Shown: positions 17,674 to 27,079 of the stretch, in pieces
How the letters are laid out: the number at the start of each line of letters is the position of its first letter
How positions within the stretch are numbered: position 1 is the stretch's first letter
Source of the DNA: a virus
Strand: one strand, 5' to 3'
IMG/VR virus record: IMGVR_UViG_3300014720_000016
Length of the DNA: 64,000 nt
Position numbers and translations under genes: made by a program
Notes under the pieces: generated by a model
Told to the model about the DNA's origin: nothing
Seen by the model: only the letters and a program-made list of their open reading frames with translations
Database searches by the model: none

Positions 17674-20600
17674 GTGACATTTAATCCTATAACTCCAGTT
17701 CTTGTTATAAGAAATATCTCTAAGTCTGACGTCAATATTCTTGGCGTCAAGATTCGTCCAGGCCAGCAGAAGGATATTTATCAGGAGCTGGAGTACGACG
17801 AAAATGGATCGCTGACAACTACCGTACTTAAAGAGCTAGAGACACCTAATGGTAAAATCTACCGCTTGTGGAAGGTTCTTGACGTTATTCGCATCATTCA
17901 GTGTGTAAATCCAACGCACTTCGGCTCTGGCCTTACCCCCGACTCTATAACTGCATCAAACGCTTATTTTGAAGGAGCGGTTCTCGGTTATGAAAATGGG
18001 GAGTTTAAGTGGCTCTCAGGCGGTGGCGGAGGTGGCGTTTCAGCTGTCACGGCTAGCTCTCCGCTCGCCTCAAGCGGCGGCTCTACTCCAAATCTTACAA
18101 TCGGCGGAGGCACCCCCGGCCAGGTACTGACATCTGACGGCGGCACCTCGCCTACTTGGGAAGATCTGCCTGCGCCTCCTGCGGCGGATTGGACTCGTAC
18201 TGGCACGGTACTAAGCCCGACAGCTGCTGGCGATACGGTTTCGGTTGAGATTCCATTTGGAACGGTGGGCCTAGTTGTAGAAGAATCTGCTGCAGCTTTC
18301 CGTACATCTGTGTCGCCCGCAGTGGTAACTCTCGAGGATAATCTAAAGCGGGCAGAGCTAAATGCTAATTCAGCATCTCTGACGTTGAAAGGCGATACTG
18401 CCGAAGCTGTTGCTCCGGCTATAGTTGCGCAGGATGAGACCGGCTCTCCATATGCCCTTGATCTACAGATGCTAGAGCTCGCAGTAAATGGCGATGTAGG
18501 CGCTGCCGGCCAGGTCCTTACCTCCGGCGGTCCTGGCGCAGCTCCTACGTGGACCGCGGCGTCTAGCGACTTTGCATATGATCAAGAAGTTTTTGTAGCC
18601 AAGAATGGCAGCGATGTCACTGGTACTGGTTCTGTTTTAAATCCGTTTGCATCGGTTGGCGCCGCTATGGCTGCAATTACCGACTCTTCACCATCAAAGA
18701 GATATGCAATTAGGGTTGAGGCCGGAGCCTACACCGAGTCATCTGCTCTAAATATCAAACCCGATGTCTATATCATAGGTGCGCTGAAAGACGCAGTTCG
18801 AATTACCGCCCCATCGTTCGGCCTAGATGCATTATTTACGGGAGCAGGCGACAAGCGGTCTGGTGTTGCACAAGCGATTCTTATTGGAACCTGTGCATTT
18901 AACATGACATCTGTGACCTCTAACGAGGGCAAACTTTCATTTCACGGAGTATCTTTTAACAGTCCAATATCAATCACTGGCTTCACCGGTACAAACCAGG
19001 CTCAGTTCGACAGCTGTCTGTTTTTTGGAGCTATCTCATTCAGCGGCGTTAATGTCGGTTCATTTGTTAACAATCGCTGTTTCACATCTATTTCACTGTC
19101 CCAGCACCCAAGCCTTCCAACAATACTAAACGCTGCAGGTGGTTTCGCAGATAGCCTGACCGCTACTGCCGCAGTAAATAACTTCAGTCGCCGCTGCAGC
19201 GTCTTTGCTCGTAGCATGAAATTTGATGGAACAGTTACTGTAGACGGACCTTCAGCATACTTTGACTATACCGTATGCAGCCTGCCACAAGCAGGTCCCG
19301 TTTCACTAAATGGTGGCAATTTGGTAAGCGTAGACTGGGGCGCGAATAAGGAACTCTCAAATCTCGTATTCCCAACCAAAGTCAACAATCCAATTATTCC
19401 TGCTTCTACCAATGCCACAAACCACGGTGACTGGGGGTATCAGTGGTTCTGGAATTTTGGCTATCTTCACGCGTCTACAGGCACAGATTGCTACCTAGTC
19501 TCGTACCCATCTGCATTCGGAGCCGAAACAGATGCAGGTAAAAATGTATACCTTGTTGCTGATGCTGCAGGTCTCGCTGCCGATATCGATGGCGGTGGCG
19601 TCGGCATGTACAGCAGCAATGCGTCCGGCACCGGGGACAGCGGTCCAATTGTGGCAGAAACTGGTACTGCCGTAGACGGATATAGTGGCGACATAACGCT
19701 GACTACTGGGTCAGTATCTGGTACCGGTACGCGAGGCGTCATTAGCCTGAATGGCCGACATATAAATGCGAACAGCACAAAGATCGCAAATCTCGCTGAT
19801 GGTACAGATCCAAGCGATGCAGTAAACAAGGGCCAGCTTGACGCGCTTGCTACCACCAGCTCTTTCCTTGTACCAGCAGCGGTTAAATACGACTTCCCTG
19901 GTGCTGCCGGACCTACTGTCATTGATCCGGTGGCGCCCCCGACGGCAACCGGCTCTACATTTACGGTAGGCACGCTCGGAGGAGAAGACTTTACAGATCT
20001 AGCAACTGCCCTTGCAGATTCTTCAGTGGTGAATGGCAGTCGCCTCCTATTGTCTGCTCAGGAATTTACACTGACTTCGCAGCTGAATATTGGCAAGCAA
20101 GTAATAATTCAGGGCGCTGGTCGGTCTAGCACGACAATCAAAACCACTGGTCTTGGAACCGGGGTTTTCTACATGCTTAATATCACTACAAGCAATGTTG
20201 TTCTACGCGACATGACCATTAGTGATCTGAGAGCCGCGCCTACCTCTAATGATTCGGCGATCAACATCTCTGCAGGAGCTGGGTCGTCTGGGCACTACCT
20301 TGAGAATGTAGTCGTAAACTTCGGGGAATTCGGCGTAATTATAAAGAGCGATGGCTGGCAGATTAACAATTGTCACATCGCATACGTAGGACCTAACAAT
20401 GCTACGCGCCGAGGTATTGGCATCTACAGGTCCGCTGGACAGGGCTTGTTTACCAATAGTACGTATGATTCAGGTCAAAATGGTGTTATAACAGGAAACA
20501 CTCGGCTGATAGCGATAGTAACCGGAGCAGCCCCTCCCGACGAGGTTCTTGGAGGCTATCTCCGAATTGGAAATATTACTCCGTCAAATGCATTTCCAAT

Positions 20601-21654
20601 ACACCAGTTTTTTAACTGTGAATATTTCGCACCAGCTGCAACCCCACTGACGTTCTGTGTAGACGGATGCACTGCGGCAGAAACCAGTGCCTTCGTTGTA
20701 TTTGCCAACGCAGTAACGCAGCCAGTTCTTAGTCAGTGTCAAGAGATAGTATTCCAGAACAATACATTCACAAATGCGCATGGAAAGGGCGGATTTGCTC
20801 TGAACGGCGCAACCGGCGGCCCCGCGAGCCCTGGAATCACTACATTCTATGCTAGCGGTAATACGATATCCTCTACTGGATTTCTTGGTAACTTTGCTAC
20901 CGCTATCGACGGCAGCGCTGATCCAGCCGTCCTTGCTCAAATGGGTTACGATACCTTGCGCTGGACAGACCCAAATCAAACTGTCTCAGCAGTTAGCTCA
21001 GGCTTGGCCGGTCTATTGACGGTAGACGGTGTTTCACTATCAGATGGTGAACGTGTATTTGTAGTTGACGCTAGTGATGGCATAAATAGCGGCATCTATA
21101 TCGCAAGCGCATCAGAATGGGCAAGGTCGGCGGACTTTGACGACGGCAAAAATGCACGCGGCACATTTTTCTTTGTTAACAAGGGAGATGTCTACTCAAA
21201 TACAGCCTGGCTATGCACAAACACAGATGGGCTAGATGTAGTGGCAACGGACGCACTCACGTTCGAGCAGTTTGGAAATACTGCTGGCAATGATCCAGAT
21301 GCCATTGTCATAAGTCTAAATACCTCGACTAATGCAGTTGTTGCAGGCGAAGCTGTGTGCGCAGATTCTGCTGCCGCGCGGACTGTCAAAAAAGCAGATG
21401 TTTCTGCACTAGCAACTGCTCGAGTAATCGGAATTGCAGTAGGCGACGGCAAGGTACAGACTGCCGGCATAGCCCTTGCCAAGTTTACATCAGCGCCATC
21501 AATAGGCGATGCTGCTTATCTATCTGCAACTACTGGTCAGCTCACTGGTACAGCTCCAGTTTCAGGTATTGAAGCGGAAGTAGGTATAGTTGTGGACAAT
21601 GTAGCAGTTGACGGCAAGTATGCGGTAGCGCTTCAGATCAAGAAGCCGGTTTGA
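17674..21654 (+). CDS. Tail fibre/spike with a beta-helix (possible depolymerase) domain
   Basis: GQVLTS repeats; FVAKNGSD..GTGS...PF; IANLADGT..SDAVNKGQLD; VIIQGAG...SNVVLRDMTI; TVDGV.L.DGERV...NSGIY...WARS.D. Confidence 0.75.
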   Translation: MTFNPITPVLVIRNISKSDVNILGVKIRPGQQKDIYQELEYDENGSLTTTVLKELETPNGKIYRLWKVLDVIRIIQCVNPTHFGSGLTPDSITASNAYFEGAVLGYENGEFKWLSGGGGGGVSAVTASSPLASSGGSTPNLTIGGGTPGQVLTSDGGTSPTWEDLPAPPAADWTRTGTVLSPTAAGDTVSVEIPFGTVGLVVEESAAAFRTSVSPAVVTLEDNLKRAELNANSASLTLKGDTAEAVAPAIVAQDETGSPYALDLQMLELAVNGDVGAAGQVLTSGGPGAAPTWTAASSDFAYDQEVFVAKNGSDVTGTGSVLNPFASVGAAMAAITDSSPSKRYAIRVEAGAYTESSALNIKPDVYIIGALKDAVRITAPSFGLDALFTGAGDKRSGVAQAILIGTCAFNMTSVTSNEGKLSFHGVSFNSPISITGFTGTNQAQFDSCLFFGAISFSGVNVGSFVNNRCFTSISLSQHPSLPTILNAAGGFADSLTATAAVNNFSRRCSVFARSMKFDGTVTVDGPSAYFDYTVCSLPQAGPVSLNGGNLVSVDWGANKELSNLVFPTKVNNPIIPASTNATNHGDWGYQWFWNFGYLHASTGTDCYLVSYPSAFGAETDAGKNVYLVADAAGLAADIDGGGVGMYSSNASGTGDSGPIVAETGTAVDGYSGDITLTTGSVSGTGTRGVISLNGRHINANSTKIANLADGTDPSDAVNKGQLDALATTSSFLVPAAVKYDFPGAAGPTVIDPVAPPTATGSTFTVGTLGGEDFTDLATALADSSVVNGSRLLLSAQEFTLTSQLNIGKQVIIQGAGRSSTTIKTTGLGTGVFYMLNITTSNVVLRDMTISDLRAAPTSNDSAINISAGAGSSGHYLENVVVNFGEFGVIIKSDGWQINNCHIAYVGPNNATRRGIGIYRSAGQGLFTNSTYDSGQNGVITGNTRLIAIVTGAAPPDEVLGGYLRIGNITPSNAFPIHQFFNCEYFAPAATPLTFCVDGCTAAETSAFVVFANAVTQPVLSQCQEIVFQNNTFTNAHGKGGFALNGATGGPASPGITTFYASGNTISSTGFLGNFATAIDGSADPAVLAQMGYDTLRWTDPNQTVSAVSSGLAGLLTVDGVSLSDGERVFVVDASDGINSGIYIASASEWARSADFDDGKNARGTFFFVNKGDVYSNTAWLCTNTDGLDVVATDALTFEQFGNTAGNDPDAIVISLNTSTNAVVAGEAVCADSAAARTVKKADVSALATARVIGIAVGDGKVQTAGIALAKFTSAPSIGDAAYLSATTGQLTGTAPVSGIEAEVGIVVDNVAVDGKYAVALQIKKPV

Positions 21655-21691
21655 ATTAGACAGCAAAGCTTGACACAAACAGGAGAAAACG

Positions 21692-21799
21692 ATGAAAACT
21701 CTTAAGCCAAATCCGCCTGTACCGCCACCGTCTCCAGCGCCCGGCCCTGCCGGGCCTGGGCCAACTCCCGTTCCTGATCCAGAAAAGGAAAACGAGTGA
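21692..21799 (+). CDS. Small Pro-rich protein, 35 aa (MKTLKPNPPVPPPSPAPGPAGPGPTPVPDPEKENE)
   Basis: AGGAG RBS; lies between the fibre gene and a terminator; too short for the ORF track. Confidence 0.55.
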   Translation: MKTLKPNPPVPPPSPAPGPAGPGPTPVPDPEKENE

Positions 21800-21818
21800 T
21801 ATAGTTGAGTACAAAAGA

Positions 21819-21844
21819 AAGAGGGGCGGTTTTCCGCCCCTCTT
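21819..21844. terminator. Bidirectional terminator between convergent operons
   Basis: AAGAGGGGCGG-tttt-CCGCCCCTCTT. Confidence 0.8.
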
Positions 21845-21862
21845 GTCTATTATTGCCGAATG

Positions 21863-22444
21863 TCAGCCTACGTCAGCGCTGATGATAAAGCCGTGCGCGT
21901 CAGTCGTCAGCAGGATGCGGCTGGTGTTGGTATCACCGGGCATAGCAGAGCCAGGAGGAAGAACTCGGAAATCCGAGATCGTGCCCTTGGTCTGCAGATC
22001 CTGCAGGCGCATGCGAGCTGAGGTGACGTTGACGCCCTCGAACTCCCGAGCAAGCTGCTCTAGGCGGCCCGGCTCCGCAGCCTTGCGGACGCGGCCATTG
22101 GCACGGCTAGCTGCATCACGCTGGCGCTTTTCCTGTAGCTCCGAGTACTTGACAAGGACATCTGGAGCGAGAGCGGCACCGCCTAGGGTTGGATTAAAAC
22201 CACCATCAGCAGTGGCTCCACCAGTCGCCTCGGCAGCAGCTTTGGCAGCGGTACGACGAGCAGCAGCGCGGTCACGCGGAGCATCGCTGCTCTGCTTGTC
22301 GGCAAGGGCCGTCTCTAGGGCCGAGACACGAGCCTCAAGGGCCTCGACAAGAGCCGAGAGATCGGCAAAGCGGGTGTCAGCGGTATCGCCCGTTTGCGCT
22401 GCCACTGTCTCTGTAGCGGTTTCGGTCTTCTTTGACTTAGTCAT
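21863..22444 (-). CDS. Hypothetical protein with a short coiled coil
   Basis: AGGAG RBS; LSALVEALEARVSALE. Confidence 0.7.
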   Translation of the reverse strand: MTKSKKTETATETVAAQTGDTADTRFADLSALVEALEARVSALETALADKQSSDAPRDRAAARRTAAKAAAEATGGATADGGFNPTLGGAALAPDVLVKYSELQEKRQRDAASRANGRVRKAAEPGRLEQLAREFEGVNVTSARMRLQDLQTKGTISDFRVLPPGSAMPGDTNTSRILLTTDAHGFIISADVG

Positions 22445-23537
22445 TCACTTTCTCCTTTGGGCAGTACGCCCGTAACATACGATCCGTTTTCTTTACAATC
22501 TCTAGCGCGTCTAACAAGTCACAGTCTTTTGTCAAGCGATCCCAACTTAGCCTCAGGCTGCAGCCAGCCCTATCCTCTCCTAGCATTGCCGTTATCACAT
22601 GAGAACCGGCAGCCATCCCAGAGTTACAGGCAGATCCCGCACTTATACTTAGCCCAGCGTCACTAGCCTCTTGGACAAAAAGATCAGACGGCAAGCCGGT
22701 ATAATAGTTGGCAATAAATGAACCACTGCCATTTAGCTGCCAGCCAAGATCGGCTGCAGCCTCTTCTATAGTCGCAAGAAACCGGCTATTTTTTTCTGCT
22801 AGGGCAACCCCGTGCGGGCTGGCAATCCAGTCCATAGCATCTGCCAGGCATGATATGCCGATCATGTTTGGGCTGCCACCAACAACCCCGCCGAGGCCTT
22901 CGGTAGGTTGGTCGTCCCACAGGTCTTTCGTACCACACAGTAGTCCAAGGCCGGGTAAGCCATGCCACTTGCCAGCTGAAGCAAAAATATAATCTGCTTC
23001 GGAAAGCAGAGGGTCTCTCCAGTCGCCGCCGGTTGCATCTACGACCAGGCGCATACCACGCCGCCGAGCAGCCGTGATTCCCGCACGTACCTTTTCTCCC
23101 GGTACGATGCCGGTCTCATTGTTCTTTAGACTAATTACGAGTACGTCTCCATCCCCGCATCGACCAAGTCCATATCGGCTCGTGGGATCTAAAGCACTAT
23201 CGCTCAGCTGCCCATCTGCACCTACCTGTAGCGTAAAGTCTGCAACCGATAGCGAGCAGTTGTGTTCGGTGGCAGGCACATAAAAAGCAAAACCCTTCTC
23301 TGCGCGCAACTTCGTGCTTAAAAACCGAATTGCCGCAGTGCCAGAGCCAAGGAAACTTAGATCGATTGGATCCCGGCCCAGATGCCCTGCAATCCTGCTC
23401 TTACATGAAGCCAAGAAGTCACGACTCTCTACTCCAAGGGCATTGCCAGATGGTCGATGGAGACGCAGTGCCCGCGTAATGCTGCCGTCTACTCGTGGGT
23501 GTGGGGCATTTAGTGCAGCTCGATCTAGGTTTATCAT
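22437..23537 (-). CDS. Cysteine desulfurase (IscS/NifS-like, PLP class V)
   Basis: TEH, NNETG, DATG, SAGKWHG, GGSPN, ISAGSAC, SLRLSW. Confidence 0.85.
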   Translation of the reverse strand: MINLDRAALNAPHPRVDGSITRALRLHRPSGNALGVESRDFLASCKSRIAGHLGRDPIDLSFLGSGTAAIRFLSTKLRAEKGFAFYVPATEHNCSLSVADFTLQVGADGQLSDSALDPTSRYGLGRCGDGDVLVISLKNNETGIVPGEKVRAGITAARRRGMRLVVDATGGDWRDPLLSEADYIFASAGKWHGLPGLGLLCGTKDLWDDQPTEGLGGVVGGSPNMIGISCLADAMDWIASPHGVALAEKNSRFLATIEEAAADLGWQLNGSGSFIANYYTGLPSDLFVQEASDAGLSISAGSACNSGMAAGSHVITAMLGEDRAGCSLRLSWDRLTKDCDLLDALEIVKKTDRMLRAYCPKEKVND

Positions 23538-23561
23538 CTCTCACCGTTCAGCATTTTAAGT

Positions 23562-23590
23562 AGAATAATGCAGAATTCCGCTCACGTCAA
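23562..23590 (-). promoter_or_regulatory. Sigma70-like promoter for the desulfurase gene
   Basis: TTGACG-17 nt-TATTCT, immediately after the groEL terminator. Confidence 0.6.
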
Positions 23591-23600
23591 CAAAAGAAGA

Positions 23601-23618
23601 AGGCCGGTTGCCCGGCCT
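23601..23618 (-). terminator. groEL terminator
   Basis: AGGCCGG/CCGGCCT stem followed by TCTTCTTTT. Confidence 0.7.
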
Positions 23619-23622
23619 CTCT

Positions 23623-25335
23623 TCAACCCGCCTGCCCTTTTGCTGCAGACAGCGCTTTGATCAGATCTGTTTCTTCCGCAAAGCCGATCACAACATCCGT
23701 GCTTAGCAGCAGACCGGCCATACTACAAGCATGCTCTACCTCGCTGGTAATTACGCGGGCTGGATCAATGATTCCGCGCTCCAGAAGATTGCAGTACTCA
23801 TTACGATTGCTATCATAACCAGTATGCTCATCGGTCGACTCGCGCACATTGTGCAGGACGACTTCGGCAGAACCACCTCCATTCTTGATAATTTCCTGGA
23901 ATGGAACCAGGAGAGCCTTGCGCAGGATATGAATGCCTACGTTTTGCTCTTCATTGCCCGTGTCAAAGTCGCGGAGCGAATCTGCGGCACGAATGAGCAT
24001 CGTGCCCGCGCCTGGAACAATTCCCGACGAAGCAGCCGCCCGGGCAGCGAGCAGGGCATCCTCGTACAGATCGCGCTTCTCGCGTACCTCGGCGTCGGAG
24101 CGACCACCAACGATAATGTTGGCTACTCCTCCAGTGAGCATCGAGCGACGGCGGGTAAGAATATGACGGAAATCCTCTTCTGTCGTAACAGCAAGCTTTG
24201 CGTCAATCTCTTCTACTCGGCGCTCGATGTTTTCGGCCTGAGAGTCTGGCGGGATAATGATCGTCTTATCTAGACCAACCTGGATAAAACGAGCAGTACC
24301 GAGCTCGGCAAGCGAGAAACCCTCAAAGAGCGAATCACCGGCATCTGTTCGGCGAACCTTGGCGCCCGTGGCGGTAGCAAGATCCTCCATCAGATCGCGT
24401 CGGTCCTGACCGAAACCAGGTGCACGCACAGCGACTACATTAAGGATGCCGCGCATAGCGTTCTGCGCAAGGAGCTTGAGCGCGTCGCCTTCGATAGCTT
24501 CGGCAACAATAAGTAGAGGAACATTGGTCTGGTGAACCATGTTGAGAATCGCCGTAAAAGATTCGCGAACTTCTGCCTGAGCCAAACTGCCAAGGCGACC
24601 ATTGATAAGCCAGATGTAGGCGCTGCGAGGATCCTCTGGGTTGCCGAATCGTGGATCAAGCTGGCTGAGGACGCCATCTTCAATCCCGTCGCCATACACG
24701 GTACGCTGCTTCTCGAAGTCGCGCAGGAAGTGTTCGGTCACCATGCCACGGTCGAACTCGAAGCCCTTTGTAAGAGTGACCTTTGTGCTACTGCCCTTGC
24801 CCTCTTCCAGGGTAACAGTTGCGTCAGTGCCAACCTTGTCAAGAGTATCTGCGATAATACGACCGATTTCAGCATCACCGTTAGCAGAGATAGTAGCTAC
24901 GCGCAACAGGTCTTCGATGCCCTTGACGGGTACAGCTTGGTTCTCAACCCACTTGACAATACGCGAGCATGCGGCATCGATGCCACGGCGCAGGCTCATG
25001 GGGTCTGTACCGAGGCTGATTTGCCGCTTGCCTTCCTGTACGATAGCATTGAGAAGGGTGATCGTACTCGAGGTCCCGTCGCCTGCAGCGCGAACAGACC
25101 GATTGCCGGCCTCGCGAGCGAGCTGAGCTCCCATGTTCTCAAGCGGATCCGAGAGTTCTACGTTCTTAGCAACCGTGATGCCGTCCTTGGTAAACTGATA
25201 ACCCGTTGGGGTTTGGATCAGGACGTTGCGACCGCGTGGACCGAGCGTGCTCTTTACGGCAGCAGCAGTCTTCTCCAGGCCCCGTGTAATCTTATCCTGG
25301 GCATCTTTTCCGAATACAATGTCTCTTGCTTTCAT
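23623..25335 (-). CDS. groEL: Phage chaperonin GroEL, divergent
   Basis: TLGPRGRNV, TKDGITVA, AGDGT, ATISANGD, FDRG, RAPGFG, GIVPGAG, GIIDP; no GGM tail. Confidence 0.95.
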   Translation of the reverse strand: MKARDIVFGKDAQDKITRGLEKTAAAVKSTLGPRGRNVLIQTPTGYQFTKDGITVAKNVELSDPLENMGAQLAREAGNRSVRAAGDGTSSTITLLNAIVQEGKRQISLGTDPMSLRRGIDAACSRIVKWVENQAVPVKGIEDLLRVATISANGDAEIGRIIADTLDKVGTDATVTLEEGKGSSTKVTLTKGFEFDRGMVTEHFLRDFEKQRTVYGDGIEDGVLSQLDPRFGNPEDPRSAYIWLINGRLGSLAQAEVRESFTAILNMVHQTNVPLLIVAEAIEGDALKLLAQNAMRGILNVVAVRAPGFGQDRRDLMEDLATATGAKVRRTDAGDSLFEGFSLAELGTARFIQVGLDKTIIIPPDSQAENIERRVEEIDAKLAVTTEEDFRHILTRRRSMLTGGVANIIVGGRSDAEVREKRDLYEDALLAARAAASSGIVPGAGTMLIRAADSLRDFDTGNEEQNVGIHILRKALLVPFQEIIKNGGGSAEVVLHNVRESTDEHTGYDSNRNEYCNLLERGIIDPARVITSEVEHACSMAGLLLSTDVVIGFAEETDLIKALSAAKGQAG

Positions 25336-25345
25336 CTACTCTCCG

Positions 25346-25762
25346 TTATACCGCAAAGGTATATTTATCAAACTTTAGATAACGATCTTTTAGGCGTTCG
25401 GCCCGACCTCGCATCTCATTATAAGCATCTTTACCAATAATGTCAATGGCTGGCTCCAAGATTCTTCCGATATTTATTCTCAGACTGCCATCTTCGTATC
25501 GGCTTAGCAGGCACTCTAACCGCTGCATTCCTGCATTCCTGAAAGCATATCCGCGCAAGGCATCCAGAATAGTTTGATCGAATTCTAAAATTCCCCAGCT
25601 GCGTTCATCAACTAGCCAAACAAGCGAGCCGTACAGGATGTGTGACCCGCTAGCAGTCACGAGCAGGGCGTCATCTACTGGTACCTCTGCTGGAGGAAAA
25701 GGAAACATCACTGGCAGAAGTTTGCCAGTGACGATTTCCTCATTTATCCTGCGGATGCTCAT
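25346..25762 (-). CDS. Hypothetical protein
   Basis: Overlap-coupled within the operon. Confidence 0.65.
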   Translation of the reverse strand: MSIRRINEEIVTGKLLPVMFPFPPAEVPVDDALLVTASGSHILYGSLVWLVDERSWGILEFDQTILDALRGYAFRNAGMQRLECLLSRYEDGSLRINIGRILEPAIDIIGKDAYNEMRGRAERLKDRYLKFDKYTFAV

Positions 25763-26064
25763 TCCGCCGCTACCGTCTGCGTATCGCTGGCTTCGGCCAC
25801 GACCGCTTTTTCAGCATCGTCATCCTCAATCTCAAGCAAGCTGACTTCAAAGGCATCGTCAGCGCCGGCGTCTACTCCTGCGATAACCTGCTCGCGCTCG
25901 CTTACGCGGCGACGGGTATCAGCGAGCAGGCGCTCGCCCTTCTCCTGAAGCAGGTGCAGCCGGTAGTAGGCGGCCAGAGGGTAGTTCTTTGGGAGGCGCT
26001 TGTTCTTCTTTAGCTCTTTGAGGGCAGCCTTGGCACGTTCACGGGACATTCTACGGTCAGTCAT
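25759..26064 (-). CDS. Hypothetical protein, basic N-terminus and acidic C-terminus
   Basis: GGAG RBS, coupled. Confidence 0.65.
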   Translation of the reverse strand: MTDRRMSRERAKAALKELKKNKRLPKNYPLAAYYRLHLLQEKGERLLADTRRRVSEREQVIAGVDAGADDAFEVSLLEIEDDDAEKAVVAEASDTQTVAAE

Positions 26065-26492
26065 TATACTCTCCTTTTGTGCATTGTAATTCCATCAAGA
26101 TGATCCAGCTCGTGCTGGAATGCAACGGCTTCGATACCGGTCAGAATTTCATCAGGACCGCTATCGCTACGAATCTTTATGCGGCTGAACCGGCGAGTGC
26201 AGTAAATTTCGCCAGGAAATGACAGGCAGCCTTCGCCGTCAAAAACGAAATCACCGCTCTGTTCAAGTATTTCGGGATTGACATACGCTCGGATGCCGTT
26301 AAAATTTAGAACAAAAACGCGCAGGTCGCTGCCGATCTGGTTTTCCGCTAGACCTAGGCCACGCTCCTGTTCGCATATGTTTCTAAGAGCTGCTAGCAAG
26401 CCGGAGACGTCATCGTCCATACCTACTTCCCTGCAGCGTTCTTGCAGTAGTGGGCTATCACTTGGCAACAACTTGTATTCTGAATTACTCAT
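26064..26492 (-). CDS. def: Peptide deformylase
   Basis: GLGLAENQIG, EGCLS, QHELDHLDG; start MSNSEY at 26492 (ATGA overlap). Confidence 0.92.
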   Translation of the reverse strand: MSNSEYKLLPSDSPLLQERCREVGMDDDVSGLLAALRNICEQERGLGLAENQIGSDLRVFVLNFNGIRAYVNPEILEQSGDFVFDGEGCLSFPGEIYCTRRFSRIKIRSDSGPDEILTGIEAVAFQHELDHLDGITMHKRRV

Positions 26493-27076
26493 GGTGCCAT
26501 CCTCTCGATCAGCTTGCGCCCCAGCAGCTCTTCGATCCAGTGAATTAGCACAAAGCCATGTCCCATGGAGCGCGTTTCGTCGGCCACAATGCTCTCCCAA
26601 GAGCCTGCATGATTGTTTGTAACATCAAAATCCCAAATCCACAGGTCGCCCTTGCGAATTTCGCCTATAAGCATCTCGGTCTCTTTCCAGCAAAAACGCT
26701 GTAGTTTTTGAAGGTATGCCGGAATGTATATCGCCTTTCTTGCTGGCACCAGTCCCATTCTTCCTAACGACCTTGTAATGAAGGAGAACTCTGGCACCGC
26801 ACCACGGCCCATAGGATAGCGCACACCGCGCTCGTTCGAGTATCCGGCGATTCTCCATTCGTTCCATACGTGGGGATCATCTTGACCTGGGTACTTCCTA
26901 GAGTACTGCCATAAGTTTTCAACAGTCCACGATTCGTAGCCGTATAGCTGAAGAGGTAGCTCATCTCGGACCATAGGGCTGAAACGCCTTGTCCAGGTTT
27001 TGGATCGCGACGTTACATTTAGAACATTGGAGCCTGGCGGAGCAGGGGTCGCAGGATTACAGAAAAAAACTGCCAT
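26489..27076 (-). CDS. DUF6939-like protein
   Basis: NVTSRS..W..RFSP, TVENLWQYSRKY, ARKAIYIPAY, DFD, GHGFVL. Confidence 0.55.
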   Translation of the reverse strand: MAVFFCNPATPAPPGSNVLNVTSRSKTWTRRFSPMVRDELPLQLYGYESWTVENLWQYSRKYPGQDDPHVWNEWRIAGYSNERGVRYPMGRGAVPEFSFITRSLGRMGLVPARKAIYIPAYLQKLQRFCWKETEMLIGEIRKGDLWIWDFDVTNNHAGSWESIVADETRSMGHGFVLIHWIEELLGRKLIERMAP

Positions 27077-27079
27077 GCT

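Noticed and set aside
24532-25440. 302-aa plus-strand ORF, and similar ORFs opposite lon, the fibre genes and rIIA
   Set aside because: Antisense shadows of well-supported genes with no motifs of their own.
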